IMG/VR virus record: IMGVR_UViG_3300018059_000546
From: a virus
Reading direction: 5' to 3' (one strand)
Length of the DNA stretch: 64,000 bases
In this document: piece after piece, positions 48,356-58,149 of the stretch
Layout of the letters: each line of letters opens with the position of its first letter
Numbering within the stretch: position 1 is the first letter of the stretch
Notes under the pieces: generated by a model
What the model was told of the DNA's origin: nothing
Databases searched by the model: none
Seen by the model: only the letters and a program-made list of their open reading frames with translations
Program-made: the position numbers and the translations under genes

Positions 48356-49290
48356 AAATTTTTTTCGACAATTGCGATCTTGGAGGAAGCCGGACCGGAC
48401 CTAATACGTTCGCTCGAAGGTTAGCTCTAGAATTGTCGAAGAGAGGTCACGTTGTAGCGGACCCGTCCGATTACGATGTCGCGCTAACGTTCATAGAGAG
48501 ATCTTTGCTCGTAGATTCTAAGAAACCGCTCGTCCAAAGGCTAGATGGAATCTGGTTTCATCCCAGAGACATCAAGACGAAGAATATTTCTATCAAAAAC
48601 ACCTACGACCAAGCCACCGAAGTCATCTTTCAGTCCGATTTCGATAGAAAGATGGTAGAAAAGTGGTTCGGTCCGAAGGAGAGAGGAAACGTCATCAGAA
48701 ACGGCATTGAACTGTCGTCAATCGATGTTTCTCCAGGAATTTCAGCTCTCAAATCCACCTATTCGAAGGTTTTCGTGTGTTCTTCTAACTGGCATCGTCA
48801 GAAGAGATTGAAAGAGAACATCGAGTTATACCTTCAACTCAAGGCCTCCACGACAGAATCATGCTGTTTGATGGTCTTAGGCAGCAATCCAGACCACATG
48901 CAACCCGGCAAGGACATTTTCTACACGAACGCTTCTATTCCGCATGAAATTTGCCTGCAGATCTACTCTGTAGCTGATTGGATGATCCACCTAGCTTGGG
49001 CAGACCATTGTCCCAATGTCGTTGTGGAAGCATTGTCGCAAGGATGCCCTGTGATATGTTCTGAAACGGGCGGAACTCACGAACTCGTAGGTCAAAATGG
49101 TTTGATCCTCAAAGAAGGGCACGAATATGCCTTCGAAGCCTTCGATTACGATAACCCTCCAGTTTTAGATCTAAGCCAGGTCTCGTCCCTACCGTCCATC
49201 GTTGTCGACAAATCAACCGTGGATATCAGCAGAGTGGTAGACGAGTATGAAAAAGTGCTTTCAAAAGCCGCTACCTCACGTACTACTTAA
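48352..49290 (+). CDS. GT-B (GT4-like) glycosyltransferase
   Basis: TGPNTF, VIRNGI, KR, DHCPNVVVEALSQGCPVICSETGG. Confidence 0.87.
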   Translation: MKIFFDNCDLGGSRTGPNTFARRLALELSKRGHVVADPSDYDVALTFIERSLLVDSKKPLVQRLDGIWFHPRDIKTKNISIKNTYDQATEVIFQSDFDRKMVEKWFGPKERGNVIRNGIELSSIDVSPGISALKSTYSKVFVCSSNWHRQKRLKENIELYLQLKASTTESCCLMVLGSNPDHMQPGKDIFYTNASIPHEICLQIYSVADWMIHLAWADHCPNVVVEALSQGCPVICSETGGTHELVGQNGLILKEGHEYAFEAFDYDNPPVLDLSQVSSLPSIVVDKSTVDISRVVDEYEKVLSKAATSRTT

Positions 49291-49301
49291 GCACAGTCAA
49301 C

Positions 49302-50546
49302 ATGAAACTTTTCACAATCGAAGATCAGAATCGTCTGTCAGAAGCTCGGTACGAAGCAGAGCAGCGTGTTTTGAAGCTTGCAGAGATCCTCATTTCTGGT
49401 AGGGTCAATGAGTCTGTTGGTTTCGATGTCGGTGAGCAGCTGTTAGCTGAAGCTCACAAGCTCGAAAAAATCATGATTGTAGAAGCTCTTTCTGACCAGG
49501 ATTTCAATACCCTACAGAAAAACTTCCGATCCTTGCTTCGCCCGATAGGGTCTTTGGTGAAGAATTTGGCTGGAACTGATCTGGCTAGCAAGCTCGATGC
49601 CGCCAGAATCACAGGCACAGAACTTCTGAATGATCTCTACGATGATGTGAAAAACGTGGAAGCTGGCGTCGGTGGTGCAGGTGTTCCTAAGTCGAAGGAA
49701 ATGTCGGTTGGACGAGACAAGCTCGCAAAATGCTTTGCAGACATCGCTATCCTCACCAAAGGAGCGATGGCCCTGGGAGATCTCTTCAGTGATGATCCTG
49801 CCAGCTTGGGCGGATACACCGCAATGAAGGAAATCACATCTTCTCTTGAGCGTGACGATCTACTCAGCGTTCCTCTACGACAGGCTTTCGTTGCCTACGC
49901 CGAATCTGTCAAGGCTAATAGCCTTGACCAACATGAAAAAGACGATGCGAAGCATGACGATTGGTTCGCTCAGGGAGATGCAAATACCCATTGGGACGAA
50001 GACCAGAAGGCTCCACCCCCACCCCGCAAGGACAACGTTCCTGGCGGTGGAATCGCAAAAAAGAAAAAGCAGGGATTCTTCTCACGTCTCTTTGGAAAGA
50101 AACATGAAGGTTCCGAGCGTATTAGAGAGTACCAGGATGAAGCTCCCGCGACCAAACGTGGAGGATTCTCTACTACAAATTTTAGAACTTCCGAGAAGGA
50201 TCCGTTTCCGCAGCAGCCGCCTGAGAAGGATCCATTTGGATCTAACAAACATTCCCATCTTGAAAAGAAATTCAAGGCGATTCTTCAAAAGGCTATGTTG
50301 GAGAAATCACCGGGATTCGCTCGCATGGTGAACGTTCCTGCTCTCATCGACACCCTCATGAACAAGAGCTATGATCACCTCGCAGCAGTCTTTGGAAGAT
50401 TTAATGATCTCGTCTCGAATGACGTTGACATGAACTTTCTCAAGAGTGTCGTGAATAAGCCTCTCAGCGTCAGCGGAGCCCTGAAGACAGTTTGGGATTC
50501 GTTCAGTTCTGGCACCATGGGTGGAACCCATGGACGTCCTCGCTGA
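49302..50546 (+). CDS. Hypothetical protein, possibly late/virion, inserted in the glycan island
   Basis: 414 aa, no enzyme motifs; TACTTA upstream; internal EKDPF duplication. Confidence 0.65.
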   Translation: MKLFTIEDQNRLSEARYEAEQRVLKLAEILISGRVNESVGFDVGEQLLAEAHKLEKIMIVEALSDQDFNTLQKNFRSLLRPIGSLVKNLAGTDLASKLDAARITGTELLNDLYDDVKNVEAGVGGAGVPKSKEMSVGRDKLAKCFADIAILTKGAMALGDLFSDDPASLGGYTAMKEITSSLERDDLLSVPLRQAFVAYAESVKANSLDQHEKDDAKHDDWFAQGDANTHWDEDQKAPPPPRKDNVPGGGIAKKKKQGFFSRLFGKKHEGSERIREYQDEAPATKRGGFSTTNFRTSEKDPFPQQPPEKDPFGSNKHSHLEKKFKAILQKAMLEKSPGFARMVNVPALIDTLMNKSYDHLAAVFGRFNDLVSNDVDMNFLKSVVNKPLSVSGALKTVWDSFSSGTMGGTHGRPR

Positions 50547-50568
50547 GCTAAAAGCTTTAGTTTCTGAA

Positions 50569-50602
50569 TTTACAGGATCCTACTTTCTTGGTAGGATCCT
50601 GT
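50569..50602 (+). promoter_or_regulatory. 12-bp inverted repeat overlapping a promoter-like element and the RBS region of the HNH gene
   Basis: ACAGGATCCTAC-7 nt-GTAGGATCCTGT; TTTACA-17-TAGGAT. Confidence 0.6.
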
Positions 50603-50603
50603 T

Positions 50604-51296
50604 GTGTGTCAGGGGTATCGAGCTCAAAAAGTATGTAAATCTTGCGGAATGCAATTTCAGGTTGTAGGCAAGACTAGACACCAACAATTCTGTAGCAAGC
50701 CTTGCATCAACAAGGGACGAACACATACAGAAGAATGGAAGTTAGAGATGTCTACGCGCAATTCTGGATCTGGTAATCCATTCTATGGCAAGAATCACTC
50801 ACTTGAAACGAAGCTCTTTCTTAAAAACAGAATTGAAGGTTTGACGTGGGAAGAACAAATGGGAGAAGAAAGAGCTTCTCTAAGGAAAGAAAAACAGAGT
50901 GAAACTTACACTGGAGAAGGAAATCCGTTCTACGGCAAAACGCATACTGTTGAAACTAAAAACAAGATCTCAGAATCTCATCGAGATTGCTCTGGATCAA
51001 ATAATCCAATGTTCGGACAGGGAGAAAAACTAAGGGGAAACAAGAATGGTGCATGGGAGGGAGGAATTTCCCATGATCCATATTGCGGATTGTTTACTGA
51101 AAATCTCAAGACAAAGATAAGAACACGTGATAGATTTACATGTAGAGTGTGTGGGAAGAATGGTAGTCATGTTCACCACATTGATTATGACAAGTTGAAC
51201 AGCGTTGAAGATAATCTTGTAACTTTGTGTCATAGTTGCCACATGAAAACGAATTTTGGTCGAGAAAATTGGACGGAGTTCTTTCGTAATGAATAA
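50604..51296 (+). CDS. HNH homing endonuclease with NUMOD3 repeats
   Basis: GNPFYGKNHS, GNPFYGKTHT, NNPMFG; RDRFTCRVC...VHHIDYDKLN...NLVTLCHSCH. Confidence 0.88.
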   Translation: MCQGYRAQKVCKSCGMQFQVVGKTRHQQFCSKPCINKGRTHTEEWKLEMSTRNSGSGNPFYGKNHSLETKLFLKNRIEGLTWEEQMGEERASLRKEKQSETYTGEGNPFYGKTHTVETKNKISESHRDCSGSNNPMFGQGEKLRGNKNGAWEGGISHDPYCGLFTENLKTKIRTRDRFTCRVCGKNGSHVHHIDYDKLNSVEDNLVTLCHSCHMKTNFGRENWTEFFRNE

Positions 51297-52284
51297 GAAG
51301 AGCGCGATGATAACGGGATCGACGGGACAAGATGGATCGTACTTGTCAGAACTTCTCCTTTCTAAGGGATACGAAGTCTACGCCCTAGTGCGTCAGACGA
51401 CACAATTCACACCTGACAAGTACGGTCACCTCCGTAGCTGCATGTCCGACCCCCATTTTCACATCGTCACCGGAGATGTGAACGATCAACTACGGATGCA
51501 GGATCTCATTCGAGAGATCCATCCAAATGAAGTCTACAACCTGGCTGCCCAAAGTCACGTCGGAGAATCGTTCAAACAACCGATCAGCACCTGCGAGACG
51601 ACAGGTATGAGCGTCATCAAAATTCTAGAAGCCATCAGACAGGTCGATAAGAACATTAGATTTTATCAAGCTGGAAGTTCGGAGCAGTTTGGCAAGGTTT
51701 GCGAAACGCCACAAAACGAAAACACAAAATTTCACCCCCGCAGTCCTTACGGGTGTGCTAAAGTGTTCGCACACAACGCTACTGTAAACTATAGGGAAGC
51801 TTACGATATCTACGCTGTCAGCGGGATTCTCTTTAACCATGAGAGCGAACGTCGAGGAGAGAACTTCGTAACTAGGAAGATTACCAGAGCGATCGGTCGT
51901 ATCAAAGCGGGAATCCAACACGAGCTAGTGCTTGGTAACACAGATGCGACACGCGATTGGGGGCATGCTGAAGACTATGTCGAAGCCATGTGGCTGATGC
52001 TTCAGCAGGAAACTCCCAAGGATTACGTCATCGGAACGGGAGAGACCCACACGGTCCAAGATTTCATCGACATCGCATTCGCTCACGCGGGTCTCGATCC
52101 CAAGAAGTATGTGAAGACGAATCCCGATTTACACCGCCCTGCAGAAGTCGATACCCTCTGTGCTGACCCTAGTCTTGCAAAGAAGGAACTCGGTTGGTCT
52201 CCGAAGACGAACTTCTCTGAGCTTGCGAAAAGAATGGTCGATTACGACATCGCACTTGCTCTCAAGGAGAAAGAACAGCAGTGA
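51289..52284 (+). CDS. gmd: GDP-mannose 4,6-dehydratase
   Basis: ITGSTGQDGSYLSELLL, YNLAAQSHV, SPYGCAK, GILFNHES, FVTRKIT, RDWGHA. Confidence 0.96.
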   Translation: MNKKSAMITGSTGQDGSYLSELLLSKGYEVYALVRQTTQFTPDKYGHLRSCMSDPHFHIVTGDVNDQLRMQDLIREIHPNEVYNLAAQSHVGESFKQPISTCETTGMSVIKILEAIRQVDKNIRFYQAGSSEQFGKVCETPQNENTKFHPRSPYGCAKVFAHNATVNYREAYDIYAVSGILFNHESERRGENFVTRKITRAIGRIKAGIQHELVLGNTDATRDWGHAEDYVEAMWLMLQQETPKDYVIGTGETHTVQDFIDIAFAHAGLDPKKYVKTNPDLHRPAEVDTLCADPSLAKKELGWSPKTNFSELAKRMVDYDIALALKEKEQQ

Positions 52285-53207
52285 AAGTTTGGATTCTAGC
52301 TCCGGGAGAGAACTGGATCGTCGATGAAATGGCGAAGCAGTTCAAGCAGGACAACCCCAATATCTGCACTAACAATGTCGATGAAGCTGACGTCATTTGG
52401 GCGATGGCTGATTGGTGTTTCGATAGAATTCCCGTATCGTATATCAAGAGTGGTAAGCCCATCCTTACGATGTTGCATCATTTTGTTCCAGGCAAGTTCG
52501 ATTTCCTATCCGAAACGGAGTTCTCGCTACGAGATCGACGCACGACCGTGTACACAGCTCCGAACTTTCGCACTCGAGACTTCGTTTCCAACTTAACCAA
52601 CAAACCCGTTCACATCGTTCCGTACTGGGGTCACACTGAAAGTTGGAAAAAGACCGGTGACAAGTACGAACTTCGAAAGAAGTACGAAATTCCCGAGGAT
52701 GTATTCGTCATCGGATCTTTCCAACGAGACACAGAGGGACACGATCTCATCTCTCCCAAATTAGAGAAGGGTCCCGACCTGCTCGCAGATTTTATCTGCA
52801 GAGAGCATCGCAAAAGAGCCGTCGTGATCGGAGACATTCCCAAAGTTCATGTGCTTTTAGCCGGATGGAGACGGCAATACATCATCGAGCGTCTTGAAAA
52901 GGAACATGTTCCGTACACATACATCGAACTTCCATCGCAAGAAACGATCAACGAATTGTACCAAACACTCGACCTCTATCCTGTCACTTCGCGCTACGAG
53001 GGTGGACCACAATCACTCATCGAAGCAGGAATGCTAAGCATTCCGGTTGTATCCCGGCCCGTTGGTATAGCCGAGCTGGTGCTCACGAATAGCGCTATTT
53101 CTGACGATGTGTCATCGGCAGTTTCAGAAGTTCCTAACGTCGAACGACTCAAGACTCCTGGTGGGTATTCACCGTTCATCGAACTTCTTAAGAGCGTGAT
53201 CAAATGA
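52281..53207 (+). CDS. GT-B (GT4-like) glycosyltransferase
   Basis: EKGPD, SRYEGGPQSLIEAG..IPVVSRPVG. Confidence 0.85.
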   Translation: MKVWILAPGENWIVDEMAKQFKQDNPNICTNNVDEADVIWAMADWCFDRIPVSYIKSGKPILTMLHHFVPGKFDFLSETEFSLRDRRTTVYTAPNFRTRDFVSNLTNKPVHIVPYWGHTESWKKTGDKYELRKKYEIPEDVFVIGSFQRDTEGHDLISPKLEKGPDLLADFICREHRKRAVVIGDIPKVHVLLAGWRRQYIIERLEKEHVPYTYIELPSQETINELYQTLDLYPVTSRYEGGPQSLIEAGMLSIPVVSRPVGIAELVLTNSAISDDVSSAVSEVPNVERLKTPGGYSPFIELLKSVIK

Positions 53208-54325
53208 ACATTTTTCTGTGCGATAAGGATAATAGAGATGTCACCTCTCTTGTTTACCACTACTGCAAGATGGGTCACAAGGTCTTTCTTCCAAAGCCTG
53301 GAAGCGAGGGATTCGGACACCAGCCGTCGTGGCCTCGTCTTGTCCTCAAATCTACGAAAGAACCTACGAAAAGAAACTTAGATGTTCATGGGTACGAACA
53401 GTACGATGATGTCAAATTTGGTGAGGATCGATTTCTCTCCCAAGAGATCGAAGAAATACAACAAAAACTCTACGAGACCAATGCATCTTGCGAGCTCATA
53501 GACATCAATATTGATAATGTTCAGATCGACGCATGGCACACTACCCCGAATTCTATTTTAGATGTCCAACAATGGATGGACTACGCAAAGAAACACTTTC
53601 CTCATGCGAAGTGGATTTCTAGCTGCATGACGCACTGGGATCATAACCTCCAGGGAGGTCCAAAGAACATTGTCAAATTCTTGCCCGCGAACTATCGTGA
53701 TATTCATCCTCATCTGAATCAGGTCGAGATGTACCGACATCGAATCGAATTTGATGTCATGAACATTGATTACAACGAAGAAAAGAAACGTGAGGGGTGG
53801 GCATCTTTCAATCACAATTTTGCTGTTCGTCAACCCCAATATTGGGAGATTCAGCAAGAGCTCAACAAACGTCTTGATGGAAAGATCAACATTCCGAACT
53901 ACGGTGGCAACATTCGAGTCGTTGGTGCGGACATCAAGTATTCTGGAGAGAATGGTATCACCGGGAAGGACCTGACTATCTCCCCACGCCAAGCCATGAA
54001 GAAATACACAGAACTTCGGGGAGTCATGCACCTCAAGCAGGCAGATTGGGCTGGCGGAGTTCCGTCTATGAGTCGTATGGCAAGAGTCCCTATCATCGTC
54101 ACCGGAAAGTACGTGCAAGATACGAAGTCAGAAAAGGTGCTCATCCATGATTTCAACTGCTTCGTTGCTAACGACGTAGAAGAACTTGTCAAGTACACAA
54201 CATTGGTCAACGATGATGATTTCGCCTGGGCCAAGCTTTCGATGGGGCAGGATAGCATGAACGATATCATCTTCGATGAAGCATACTGGAAGTCTTGGGA
54301 AGAATTCCTTTCGAGGCTTGCGTGA
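53204..54325 (+). CDS. Hypothetical protein, weak GT-B-like C-terminus
   Basis: MARVPIIV...LIHDFNCFV...EEL resembles a GT-B C-terminal domain; island context. Confidence 0.5.
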   Translation: MNIFLCDKDNRDVTSLVYHYCKMGHKVFLPKPGSEGFGHQPSWPRLVLKSTKEPTKRNLDVHGYEQYDDVKFGEDRFLSQEIEEIQQKLYETNASCELIDINIDNVQIDAWHTTPNSILDVQQWMDYAKKHFPHAKWISSCMTHWDHNLQGGPKNIVKFLPANYRDIHPHLNQVEMYRHRIEFDVMNIDYNEEKKREGWASFNHNFAVRQPQYWEIQQELNKRLDGKINIPNYGGNIRVVGADIKYSGENGITGKDLTISPRQAMKKYTELRGVMHLKQADWAGGVPSMSRMARVPIIVTGKYVQDTKSEKVLIHDFNCFVANDVEELVKYTTLVNDDDFAWAKLSMGQDSMNDIIFDEAYWKSWEEFLSRLA

Positions 54326-55128
54326 ACATAGCGTATCTGCTCGTAACGTGTTCTAGAGAAAAAACGAGAGACCTCATGCTTAAGAAGGTCATCGAAAGTC
54401 TCAAAATTCAAGATGCTTGGAAAGTTTGGGAGAGCGACTTTTACGTTTTCGATAATGCATCGACATACGAACATACGCAAGTAGAATTGATGTCATCCTT
54501 TAAGAAAGTCATCTTAGCAGAGGACAATTATGGATACTGGAGCGCCGTGAATTGGTTTGTAGAGTTCTCTCAAAATCGAGGATACGACTACGTTTACATC
54601 ATGGAAAGCGATTGTGTTCATCACAACATCGAACAACTCCATGACGGAGTAAAGTTGCTTGAACTAGATCCCTCGTTGGGAATGTTGAGAGCTGCAGAGT
54701 TTTCTTTAGAGAACAAACATTTGTACGATAAAGCCCAACGTCATCCAGGATCTATCACTTCTGAGTGGTTCACACAGAGCAATTTTTTCACAAAGGAAAC
54801 GGCTTCATACGAACAAACCGAGGTTCCTAACGTCTATAAGACGAACTTAGTTGCGAAAGTTTGTGGACTTCATAGAGTCTCTGTTCTGAAAGCGGTGTTG
54901 TTTCAATTGCAGTCGATTGAATGGTTTATTGAAGTTGATTTTCAACGCTTTTACCACAAGAAGTACCCATTCAATGCAATATTGGATGGCGGGATATACA
55001 ATTCAACACCGGCTTACGAACCAAATGTAATTGCAGGAAGTCTCGTCAAAGAAGCAGTTGACGAGAATGGTTATCGTAAGACGAGAGAAGGATTCATCAC
55101 TCCTGTTACGGAGATGAGGGTAAAATGA
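54322..55128 (+). CDS. GT2-like glycosyltransferase
   Basis: VFDNAST, NYGYWSAVN, YIMESD. Confidence 0.7.
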   Translation: MNIAYLLVTCSREKTRDLMLKKVIESLKIQDAWKVWESDFYVFDNASTYEHTQVELMSSFKKVILAEDNYGYWSAVNWFVEFSQNRGYDYVYIMESDCVHHNIEQLHDGVKLLELDPSLGMLRAAEFSLENKHLYDKAQRHPGSITSEWFTQSNFFTKETASYEQTEVPNVYKTNLVAKVCGLHRVSVLKAVLFQLQSIEWFIEVDFQRFYHKKYPFNAILDGGIYNSTPAYEPNVIAGSLVKEAVDENGYRKTREGFITPVTEMRVK

Positions 55129-56186
55129 AGTTTTTCATCATTGGTGGAACGGGATCTCTTGGAAAGAAATTGATCGATAGACTCATCGATGTGCATGAAG
55201 TTTTTGTGTACTCACGTGATGAATCTAAACAATGGTCTATCAAGAATGACTTACTTCATCGCGGAACGGCTCCCGTTACGTTTTTCGTTGGAGATATCAG
55301 AGACAAGAATCGGTTGAAGGATGCCCTTCGCCAATCTCGACCAGACATCGTCATTTCTGCAGCAGCTCTTAAACAAGTCGATGTTTGTGAGATCAATCCT
55401 GACGAAAGCATAAAAACGAACCTCATTGGAACTCAAAACGTGATTGATGCTGTGAATGAGTACGCTCACAGCATGACGACAGGCATCGGAAACATCAAAA
55501 AGGTCACTCTTCTATTCGTCAGTACAGACAAGGCATGCGCACCTGTCAACACGTACGGAATGAGCAAAGCTCTTTCAGAACGACTCGTTACGAGCCAAGC
55601 AAAGACCGGTCTCAAGAATGTGAAGTACGTCTGCGTTCGTTACGGAAACGTTCTGGAATCCAGAGGGAGCATCATTCCGTTGTTCAGGTACCAGGCAGAG
55701 AATTCCGAGTACTTGACGGTCACTAATCCTGACATGACCAGATTCCTCATGACCCTCGACCAAAGTGTCGACCTGATCTTTAAAACTATCGAACTCGGAG
55801 CATCAGGAGAAACGTGGATTTCTAAGCTTCCTGCAATGAGAATCGGTGATATTGCTGACGTGTTCGCTGAACACTACGGGAAAGAAGTGAAGAAGATCAA
55901 TGAGCGTCCTGGAGAAAAGATGCACGAAGATCTCATCAACGAGTCTGAATCTATTAGAACTCGTCTCGTTGACAGTGGAAAATACTACGCTATCCAACCT
56001 GCTTTCATCGTAGACTCAGAACCAAGGTTCGAATATTCTAGCAATGATGACGTGATGACCAAGGTAGAACTCAGAGATTTTCTCACGAAGATCGAGGTTC
56101 TTGATGCTCCAATGGAACGGTTCTCTGGTCAAAAGATCGAAGAAATTGTCTCAACCGCTCCTGTCGCTAAGCGAGAGAAAAAGTGA
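55125..56186 (+). CDS. UDP-GlcNAc 4,6-dehydratase (PseB/CapE/FnlA family)
   Basis: GGTGSLG, SRDESKQ, GDIRD, AAALKQV, STDKACAPVNTYGMSK, RYGNV..SRGS, MTRF, RPGEK. Confidence 0.9.
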   Translation: MKFFIIGGTGSLGKKLIDRLIDVHEVFVYSRDESKQWSIKNDLLHRGTAPVTFFVGDIRDKNRLKDALRQSRPDIVISAAALKQVDVCEINPDESIKTNLIGTQNVIDAVNEYAHSMTTGIGNIKKVTLLFVSTDKACAPVNTYGMSKALSERLVTSQAKTGLKNVKYVCVRYGNVLESRGSIIPLFRYQAENSEYLTVTNPDMTRFLMTLDQSVDLIFKTIELGASGETWISKLPAMRIGDIADVFAEHYGKEVKKINERPGEKMHEDLINESESIRTRLVDSGKYYAIQPAFIVDSEPRFEYSSNDDVMTKVELRDFLTKIEVLDAPMERFSGQKIEEIVSTAPVAKREKK

Positions 56187-57352
56187 AAGAACGAAAAGAA
56201 ATCCATCTGTTCAAGGCACATCTTGATGTAGATCTTGCGATGGTCTATCTTAGAGATGCTCTCGAATCTGGATTCTTAAACGAAGGTCAGCAAGTAACAG
56301 ATCTCACGAAGGAATTCTCTCGTCTTCTAAAGTCCGACAAGTTGATCTTGGTCAATAGTTGCACGTCAGCTTTGACGATGGCTCTAAAGTTAGCAGGAGT
56401 TGAAGTTGGTGACGATGTTGTGACAACGTCTATGACATGCGTCGCAACTAACATGCCTATCAAACATGTTGGAGCAAACATCGTATGGGCTGACGTGGAC
56501 CCAGATACGGGAATGATCAGTGCAGAAACTCTACAAGCCGCAATCACATCCAAGACGAAAGCCGTGATGGTAGTTCTGTGGGCCGGCAACCCTTCTGAGC
56601 TGGAAGAAATCCAGAACATTTGTAAGACCAATGATGTCAAGCTCATTTTAGATGCTGCTCATGCGATGTGCGCAAAATACGATGGAAGGCCAATACACGA
56701 ATTCGCAGATTTTTCTTGTTACTCGTTCCAAGCAATCAAGCATGTGACCACCGGTGACGGAGGAGCTCTGATCTGTTCCAGCAAAGAAGATCATCTTCAA
56801 TCAAAGAAGATGAAATGGTTCGGCCTCGATCGCGATAAAGCGAAGGACGAAAAGGGAAATTGGAAGGGTCAGCAGTGGGATGTTGACATCGAAGATGTTG
56901 GATACAAGTTCAACCTCAACAACATATCCGCAGCCATCGGAATGTCTCAGGTTTCTCATGTCAATAGGATCATGAGTAAACACCGAGCAAACTCCGAGAC
57001 GTATGACGAACTCTTTACGACGACTGACCTGATCGAGCCAATCAAGAAAGACCCGAAAGCAGATGGATCTTCGTGGGTGTACACGATCGTTTTGTGTGAC
57101 AAGCTCGCTCCGAAACGCGATGAGATCCTTAAACGACTCAATGATGAAGGCATCAGAGCGGGCGTCGTACACGTTCCAAACCATGAATATACAGTCTTCA
57201 GAGATGAACGCAAGGATCTTCCTGGTGTCAAACGATTTTTTGATCGTCAGTTCTCGTTACCATGTGGGTGGTGGATGAAGAAATACGACGTATCCTATGT
57301 TTTCGATAGGTTGATGACCCACGTCGAAATCTGTGCTAAGGACCAAGAATGA
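56183..57352 (+). CDS. DegT/DnrJ/EryC1/StrS sugar aminotransferase
   Basis: VNSCTSAL, DAAHA, SFQAIKHVTTGDGG (PLP lysine), GYKFN, SLP. Confidence 0.93.
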   Translation: MKERKEIHLFKAHLDVDLAMVYLRDALESGFLNEGQQVTDLTKEFSRLLKSDKLILVNSCTSALTMALKLAGVEVGDDVVTTSMTCVATNMPIKHVGANIVWADVDPDTGMISAETLQAAITSKTKAVMVVLWAGNPSELEEIQNICKTNDVKLILDAAHAMCAKYDGRPIHEFADFSCYSFQAIKHVTTGDGGALICSSKEDHLQSKKMKWFGLDRDKAKDEKGNWKGQQWDVDIEDVGYKFNLNNISAAIGMSQVSHVNRIMSKHRANSETYDELFTTTDLIEPIKKDPKADGSSWVYTIVLCDKLAPKRDEILKRLNDEGIRAGVVHVPNHEYTVFRDERKDLPGVKRFFDRQFSLPCGWWMKKYDVSYVFDRLMTHVEICAKDQE

Positions 57353-58149
57353 GAATCCACATTGTTACAAATGCTTCCACGCTACCTTACCACGACTACT
57401 GTATCGACAATCATCGTAAGCTAGCCAAGAATCCAGAAAAGTTAGAATTTTTCTCCTACTGCTTGGACGCACAAAGCTATTTTCGTCTGACATCAGAGGG
57501 TAAGAATTCTGTTCGCATCGCTGACAGTAGCGGTTCAGTTGGACATGCCCTGGGGATCCAGGCATTTCTTGGAAATCTCAAACCGAATGAAGTCAATATC
57601 ATCACAGATTCGGACTGTATTGTTCTAATGAAAGAATGGGATGTTGCGATCGAGAACATTCTAACGACTGCTGGTATTGCAGGAACGACGTACGAAGATA
57701 TCGGTGGTCATAGTTCGGGTTCGGGTGCTGTTCAAACGTACAAGAAGATTCCTAACTTCACATGGGCAGTTCTTTCTCCGAACTACAATTGGGATTTCGA
57801 CGCCATGTGTCAGAAGCAATCAAATATGTTGATCGAAACTCCAGAAATGGAAGCGACATTCAACATTCCGATCGGTTCGTCTTTACTTCGGGAAGGAAAT
57901 TGGAAACTTCCTGTTCATCTTAGAGAACGCAACATTCCGTACTACAGTTTCGATTTTGTTAGGCCCACGTCACCCCAGGCGAAGGCCGTGTTAAGCGGTG
58001 AGGATTACCACACCGAATACCAATTGAAGGACGGAAGACCCTTCGTGGCTCACCAACGTGGCTCCATGAGCAAAGCCTTCCGTAGCCACCACCTGTCCAA
58101 GTCTTTCTATGACGTATGCGAGGCGTACCTGAACAAGGAGAATGCATGA
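57349..58149 (+). CDS. Hypothetical protein, possible GT-A-like
   Basis: GSVGHALG...ITDSD (DxD); island context. Confidence 0.5.
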   Translation: MRIHIVTNASTLPYHDYCIDNHRKLAKNPEKLEFFSYCLDAQSYFRLTSEGKNSVRIADSSGSVGHALGIQAFLGNLKPNEVNIITDSDCIVLMKEWDVAIENILTTAGIAGTTYEDIGGHSSGSGAVQTYKKIPNFTWAVLSPNYNWDFDAMCQKQSNMLIETPEMEATFNIPIGSSLLREGNWKLPVHLRERNIPYYSFDFVRPTSPQAKAVLSGEDYHTEYQLKDGRPFVAHQRGSMSKAFRSHHLSKSFYDVCEAYLNKENA

